Part shown: positions 60,101-64,000 of the stretch, in pieces
Layout of the letters: each line of letters opens with the position of its first letter
Position numbering within the stretch: position 1 is the stretch's first letter
IMG/VR virus record: IMGVR_UViG_3300045733_000484
DNA: 64,000 nucleotides
Origin: an uncultured virus (IMG/VR IMGVR_UViG_3300045733_000484)
Taxonomy: Duplodnaviria; Heunggongvirae; Uroviricota; Caudoviricetes
Direction: 5' to 3' (one strand)
Position numbers and translations under genes: made by a program
The notes under the pieces: model-generated
What the model was told of the DNA's origin: nothing
Seen by the model: the letters and a program-made list of their open reading frames with translations, nothing else
Database searches by the model: none

Positions 60101-63100
60101 ATATACAGATTCTTATAATCTTTCTAAAGGACAAAAGACAACTATAGGAAAGGTAAACCTCACCAATACGCGTGGAGGATCTTCTCAGATCACCCAGGAG
60201 AGTTTAAAGAATCCTACAGATCTTCCTTCTTTTATATCCAAGATGGAAGACGATGGTGTACGTTTTGAAAAGGTTGGAGATAACTATACTGTTATACAGA
60301 GAAATGATAATGTCACCGGAGAACTACGTTGGCATCTTAAAGGATCCAGGATATTATCTGATGATGGTAATTCTCCATTATCTAATACATCTATACCTAT
60401 TCCAGTTGCTCCAAAACGTATTACAATTACTGATAAAGAAAACTGGGATAAAATACATGATACTATAAAAAAAGAGATAACTACTCTTAGAGAGATTGCC
60501 ACTACAGCCAAGAGTGTAGACTTTCATGCAGCATTATCCAGGAGTATTCCTATGCAGACTCTTAAGGCAAACGTAAGTAAGATATACAAGAGTGACCAGG
60601 CACATCAGAATGTACGAAAAGAATATCATGGACTGCTTTCCATAGAAAATGACAGGTATGGAAGAGCATCATTTCTTAATATCAATGAAGCAACAAAGAA
60701 AGGTGTAAAGTATTCTGTTATAGTTGACAGACTTGAGAAAGCTGTTAATCAACTATATGCTGACTCAGGTCCTCTTAAGATATTCATGTGGTATCCAATA
60801 ACGAATACTACAGGAAAGGCAGTACTTTCAAATGTAGATAATCTCGTTACATATGTTGAGAATATAGGTTATCCATCATATTACGGTTCAATATCTCAGG
60901 ATAAAGGAGCATCAGAGACTATTGCTCCAGCAAGACCAAAAAAAGGATCTCTTGGAAAGAGTAATAAGAACAAGACAAATACTCTTAGGGAGTCAACAAC
61001 ATCCAATGGTGAGTTTGGACAAGTGTCTTCTTCGAATGCCATATGGAAGTCTTCAGAAGAAGCCAGATCGTATGTACGTTCTGTTCTTGGTGAATCATAT
61101 GTAAACGAGTTTCTTTCTTCCGATCCGGATATGAAAGGACTATATGGATATACTTATGGTTTTAAGATGATATTAAAGAGCCAGGGAGACTTTATTACTG
61201 AACAGTCTTTCCGTCATGAACCAGTTCATATCATCATTGATTATCTGGTAGATTCTAAAAGGCAGAAACAACTACTGGATGCTGTAAGGAAACATTTTGG
61301 CAAAGATATGTCTGACTTTGATGCTAAGGAGATGCTCGCTCAACTTCATCATGAGAAGACAAAGTTTAATGTAGAATATTCCGGAGTATCTGGTATCATA
61401 TCGAGATTTTTAAACTGGCTTGGTCAGTTCTGGTCCTCTATGGTAGACTATCGTCATACACTAAATACCTTTTTCAATGACATAGAATCCGGAAAATTCG
61501 TTGATAAACTTCATCCTTCAGAGATAAATGAGATCCTTATCATGCAGGGACTCGATAATGAAGATGGAGATCTTGCAAATATATCTGAAGCTGAGAAAAA
61601 GATAAACTCTAAATATAACCAGTTAGGTCCGGAGTTCGGAGGATATGAAAGACTTCAGGATGTTACCAACAGGTTACTTGAAAAAGTTATTGATAACACA
61701 GCTGCAAATAATTATCTCGACAGTACTACCAATGGTTTTGTAACAGCTATTGGTGCAACGAAGTCGGATCTCTTTGATAATCAAAAGAATCTATTTCATG
61801 ATCTTACTCTACTTTTTCATAATGTAAGTGCCAATGATGTAGTAAATAAACTTTATAATAATCCGAGATACCTGAATATTGATGAAAACAAGAGAGCTGA
61901 GGCTATAGAGGAAGATTTTATCCATTGGAAACTTAGCCAGGGTAATAATTTTGACATAATAATCAACCATCACTTTCCTGGAGCATCAAAGATAACTGAG
62001 TCATATTCTCAGGAGATGAGAGACAGGATGAACGAGAGTGCTCTTAGAGATCCGGAGAAATATAATTCTGATATCGTAAAAGCTCATATGAGGCATATTC
62101 GTTATGACAGGTTCGATTCAAAAGGTAATATAATTGCCAATGATGGTCCTACTGAATATGTTGATTATAATATCTTAAAGACTCAACTTATTGAAGCTAT
62201 CTCAAGTGCAAGGGTAATAAATGGACGTACGAATGTAAAGAGTATGTTCTCCGAGATGAAACGTCAGGCAAACAGGTTAAAAGCTGACTATGGCACTGAC
62301 AACAGAACACGAAATTCTATTCTTAGTTTCCTTGAGACTTTTGGAAGAGAATATAACCCATCCATGGATGAGTTTAAACAGGTTGCACGTAGAGCAGCAG
62401 ATCTTCCTGGTACTTCGAAAGGATATAAGTTAAGTCATTATATGATGGCATATCATTCTGGTGCTATCAAACAGATCATATCTGAGATGGATATTCCGGA
62501 TAAGGCAGAGAGAATTGCAGCAATAGATATTAAGTCTCGTATATCCAATGATCTTATAAATGCAGTTATCTCAGACATGAACTTAAGAAAAATGAACTAT
62601 ATAACTATCAATCTTGAGTTCGGTCCTGATGGTATGCAGTTTAACAGGAGTATGTTTAATGAGTCCAGTGAGTCTACCATGAAACGTCATTTCAAAGGAC
62701 TCATGGAGATGAAATTCGTATCTGATGATAATGTATACAGTCAGGATTCTCTTAAGAGAGTTAATGGTACATGGGATGAAGATAGTAGTTCTGTATATGA
62801 TGTTTCAATCGATGGTGTCAAGAAGAATGCCCGGGGAAAGGTACTTGTATGGAACAATGGTAAGTATGACTGGTTTGCAAAAGATAATGATGGAAAGATA
62901 AAAGATGCTCAGGCCATGCTTAACTTCTTCGGTGTTAAGGCAAGGATGGGTACTGTAAGGGATATCTTTCTAAACCCTGAGATAAAAGATCAGTTTAAGA
63001 TAGGAGGAGATGAACTTGCTAACTACTTAGGTCATATGATGGCCAGTGTATATGCTCATCCTCAGTTCATGGATCCTGGTACTATAGCTGCAGGAAATTT

Positions 63101-64000
63101 TAAGACACGTCTTGATGCTTTCATGGAAAAAAATAGTCTTGACATTAATAAAGAAGATCCGAGTGAAGCATCATTCATCACTGATTTCTTTCCTCTTATT
63201 GATATGGTATCTTCTATCCAGGGATATATCGAAGGAAAGACTTCTCCAAACTTTATATCTACTGTAAAAGGTGAGAGTCGTTCAAATGTTAAACTTGCAT
63301 CTTCTCTTGATGATAAGTTTTCTAATGTATCTAATGGTAATGCTTCGGACAAGATCAAAGATGAGACTATCAATAAGTTCAATGAGAATAAAGGTGTTAT
63401 TGTAATGAACAATGCTCCATTCATGCTTAAGAAGAATGGAAAGTATGGTTATACTGACAGTCTGTTAAATAAAGACAGTGGTATGAGTATCGTTGCAGTT
63501 CAGAATATCAATGGTATAAAATATTTTCTGAAAGGTACTGAACCTGATGAGTTTGTTGAATCTGACTATCTTAATGTCATGATGACAAACTTCATGTATG
63601 GAGTAAATCTTGGCCGGCAGGATCAGTTACTTAATTTTATGCCAGATGCTCTGGGAGACAGTGGTGTACTTCCCTCTTTTACAGTATCCTTTGGAACAAA
63701 ACATAATAAACTACTTACTCTTTCTACAAATGAATCCGGAGAAAAGTCTGCTTCAGTAAATGAGGATATGATAAATAACCATGTAGGTCTGATGTTCGAT
63801 TATCATCATAAGGCCAGGCTTATTGCTTTAAACAAATTCTATAAGTTATATTCTGGAAAAAATGCTATCAAGTTGGTTTCTCAGATAGATCAGAATGTTG
63901 CTTTAGAAGATCAGGAATCCAATCTTAAACTATTGCAGGCAGAGTTATTTCATAATCTTAATGGTGACAAACGTAACAACAAAGCAAATATTAATTATTT
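54150..64000 (+). CDS. Giant (>3,280 aa) virion cargo protein with SF1 helicase and zincin-like motifs; 3'-truncated
   Basis: Absent from the ORF track, consistent with having no stop in the window. ATG at 54150 (MDPVTDQQ); frame spot-checked open at 57000, 58221, 59400, 60000, 61200, 62400 and the end. Motifs GSGGVGKS, ITAPT, IIMIDES, FLGDSVQ, TVQGMEF and TALTRA (about 58220-59115); HEPVH at 61215. Confidence 0.8.
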   Translation, partial: MDPVTDQQEVTKPVETTTPAPVPTGPVPVNIDLFKTRTETGLSFPEIANTFTEKDRLIPLHPREDYWEPLQSKFKTRQDFDKAYDEAASSYDQMQEAIFRKNVLPVGGEAFGFGKKSPYFGSNFHQSLNQQADFYSPMAVKDYMNVETASQNASRKGYHIIPDYATDKDGNLKQIGERKVPGNVPKWSKMDGNFYVSKEDPASNSYVYKTFDDKVPHYNLERASIWGDQKLYGKSLLDIPLGFMSVATEDLLQSMGQSVRVLQDFAGYSSMKKEDYERFVRTDALTGMFDNMIQEMNSYKYNPSVEVSQEKFFGSGLHGFAYQLGVGIGYVVPQRVVSGTLFKAFPTISKEALRVVSSIIGTSQPVNQFLQSARQAGIDPENAATLSVMAMPAVFATEYMLDSKWLTKGLGENAHAEVTSALKDATKDFVETQGKDIKLASTKTGILKATFKKLMTDKSFTESLKEGGSKVVELVGSAAREGTQEGSEEIWYSMLERAWDTGFFHDLGIVDAPGKTVGEGLFGNDGLVSKKNLDRYWQNAVGGFVIGGMMDAMILNQKDHYRDYVMEDMILKGQTDKLLKFIKQDFETGKMGMSHKDVNGKTILSDKDGNPTGETFTVHADVNINNQTYFEKGKVLNNMNDLAYYQAVQTVAEKSEIIKRTGLDDPQLVREFSGQESLITDALGIYKQKEQTLAIIDQLKKSLPTLTPEDADAANVKIAQLTEAVEGKKTPEGTMVGGLNQLWDYYTKPVGTSPKSQAYIDNVKTGIANGVMWNEDAKKYEMNPDAFKNKKISLSQVRNINNYLEIYKQNRGKFYTNVNGEEVELTPEKLFGIETNLTETISKGLDEFFKSEDMGVKTESLTSARKGINDLLSMIEKTGIDQRTSDNITKNIIGLTDKFNSMTRSYFGDYNLDYTEPGTSVRDAINEKNDALMDGEKPVDISGQTTNFLDQLSAIDDHMSSLTKLNADKKLNIRTENYTETQDQAKLTKLLYETQRTLQRFDGSEITESLDVDGLISAYKQGHLNIDRFSKTGQYKEFNNHLNLVDRILDYSETMFKERKRNPDLNTTLSNDTQTKVKDGNVIPGNDIPIQYIQGLREKNASLKNDLEVLKKKANIETQDIAIAEVRVRKSNILQKAYLLNRAFIDAGDELKEISSKMRTLYDTYTKIMKNDQQIADADVINLSKVIIDIENWIHAKGISDPDFQKRIMTKVIFDSPAIGTEKVYRGIRDSELSVYVDADDSLVSTNAVSFETMDKDLRNDRSAFKSILHLKATNYFNSLFIIDSGTFYNHLSRLQTKYNIIPGVEQIESIRLLASGILLPYANDGKAQFLIRGKLGQSFDTRSSELSMGIVPFNSVSIDGSGGVGKSTVIAKFGIGMANAIMVSHPNILITAPTSGLLNNLDNAIKESSFPEKGRYTHAEFFEKLTTGELKPEKNSIIMIDESSRVNHAEMLLISNIAKDNNLTVVFLGDSVQATDLIDDFIPSVAFSQTMGIRASRVNTKYRAGVHSIGLVGDMVITSIRGRKTLPEIPFPPVQYNADHTKGVMYAANATDVITAWKTDVVKSDGKNRVLIFENKTQADAFIRDGLTDDIKAYKDNVRYVMSEKIPEKNDPGTVQGMEFEDVYVAINDTDSNAETMDQIYRRRILLTALTRAQSFLMIPTYADNVGFSRLAKTEDIYDQTETIKSGNSIRANEATDYLNKIIGNTTPTATVAGVSSTPKTVGEQLPATKDGEQIDPVARKFRQGEEVVSVISNAVVKIKNVNQTKDGEVVHVELSDGTILEGPSALTELDEKYTSSRIPVDQLTDMNIISQSLTAAETNNPEPVLFRRSATMYNSSKNLGQGDVVPILVNVAIGDTKIPTMSGPEFFKEHGKTKLLEGELNVVFHPKVDLYTRGSDKNYTIKTHYNVLALEDASGNIIGVIPAPDTKFEDYDPSGVRKEKEFSSQKQIDYSEGNRQANLSKIEFDKNTYPNQVEYHSFLINLYTDSYNLSKGQKTTIGKVNLTNTRGGSSQITQESLKNPTDLPSFISKMEDDGVRFEKVGDNYTVIQRNDNVTGELRWHLKGSRILSDDGNSPLSNTSIPIPVAPKRITITDKENWDKIHDTIKKEITTLREIATTAKSVDFHAALSRSIPMQTLKANVSKIYKSDQAHQNVRKEYHGLLSIENDRYGRASFLNINEATKKGVKYSVIVDRLEKAVNQLYADSGPLKIFMWYPITNTTGKAVLSNVDNLVTYVENIGYPSYYGSISQDKGASETIAPARPKKGSLGKSNKNKTNTLRESTTSNGEFGQVSSSNAIWKSSEEARSYVRSVLGESYVNEFLSSDPDMKGLYGYTYGFKMILKSQGDFITEQSFRHEPVHIIIDYLVDSKRQKQLLDAVRKHFGKDMSDFDAKEMLAQLHHEKTKFNVEYSGVSGIISRFLNWLGQFWSSMVDYRHTLNTFFNDIESGKFVDKLHPSEINEILIMQGLDNEDGDLANISEAEKKINSKYNQLGPEFGGYERLQDVTNRLLEKVIDNTAANNYLDSTTNGFVTAIGATKSDLFDNQKNLFHDLTLLFHNVSANDVVNKLYNNPRYLNIDENKRAEAIEEDFIHWKLSQGNNFDIIINHHFPGASKITESYSQEMRDRMNESALRDPEKYNSDIVKAHMRHIRYDRFDSKGNIIANDGPTEYVDYNILKTQLIEAISSARVINGRTNVKSMFSEMKRQANRLKADYGTDNRTRNSILSFLETFGREYNPSMDEFKQVARRAADLPGTSKGYKLSHYMMAYHSGAIKQIISEMDIPDKAERIAAIDIKSRISNDLINAVISDMNLRKMNYITINLEFGPDGMQFNRSMFNESSESTMKRHFKGLMEMKFVSDDNVYSQDSLKRVNGTWDEDSSSVYDVSIDGVKKNARGKVLVWNNGKYDWFAKDNDGKIKDAQAMLNFFGVKARMGTVRDIFLNPEIKDQFKIGGDELANYLGHMMASVYAHPQFMDPGTIAAGNFKTRLDAFMEKNSLDINKEDPSEASFITDFFPLIDMVSSIQGYIEGKTSPNFISTVKGESRSNVKLASSLDDKFSNVSNGNASDKIKDETINKFNENKGVIVMNNAPFMLKKNGKYGYTDSLLNKDSGMSIVAVQNINGIKYFLKGTEPDEFVESDYLNVMMTNFMYGVNLGRQDQLLNFMPDALGDSGVLPSFTVSFGTKHNKLLTLSTNESGEKSASVNEDMINNHVGLMFDYHHKARLIALNKFYKLYSGKNAIKLVSQIDQNVALEDQESNLKLLQAELFHNLNGDKRNNKANINY

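Noticed and set aside
54120..63424. Short ORFs on both strands listed in the track (e.g. 55626-56372 minus)
   Set aside because: They are shadow ORFs overlapping the giant plus-strand ORF that starts at 54150.
1..64000. Stop-codon reassignment as seen in some crAss-like phages
   Set aside because: TerL, portal, MCP, tail and the giant ORF are all intact under the standard code, with dense gene packing.

Overview
This 64-kb window is part of a dsDNA phage genome with crAss-like (Crassvirales-type) virion genes. A Bacteroidota host is inferred from TAnnTTTG promoter boxes, A-rich leaders without Shine-Dalgarno sites, and PRTRC genes. The left arm (1-26407) is almost all minus strand. It carries a PRTRC ubiquitin-like module interrupted by an HNH endonuclease, recombination and replication genes (DUF932-like, PD-(D/E)xK nuclease, Sak4-like AAA, SMC-like ATPase, primase, SSB-like, DnaB), an adenine methyltransferase, many small hypotheticals and a tRNA-like RNA with a long anticodon-loop insertion. 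The right arm (26626-64000) is plus strand: lysis genes, terminase, portal, major capsid, ring/tail proteins, cargo proteins and a >3,280-aa ORF with SF1 helicase and HExxH motifs that runs off the end. The most striking feature is a hairpin-bracketed cassette at about 18739-19903. It holds a lone Cas7/RAMP-like gene (18841-19410) flanked by non-coding arrays with strict 5-nt periodicity: 87 in-phase pentamers upstream and 13 downstream, reading NN-[A/T]GT on the transcribed strand, cut into units by a recurrent AGTGTTTT delimiter. This is a candidate non-CRISPR RNA-guided system with a gapped (non-contiguous) guide code. All product calls come from motif recognition by eye; no database searches were run.
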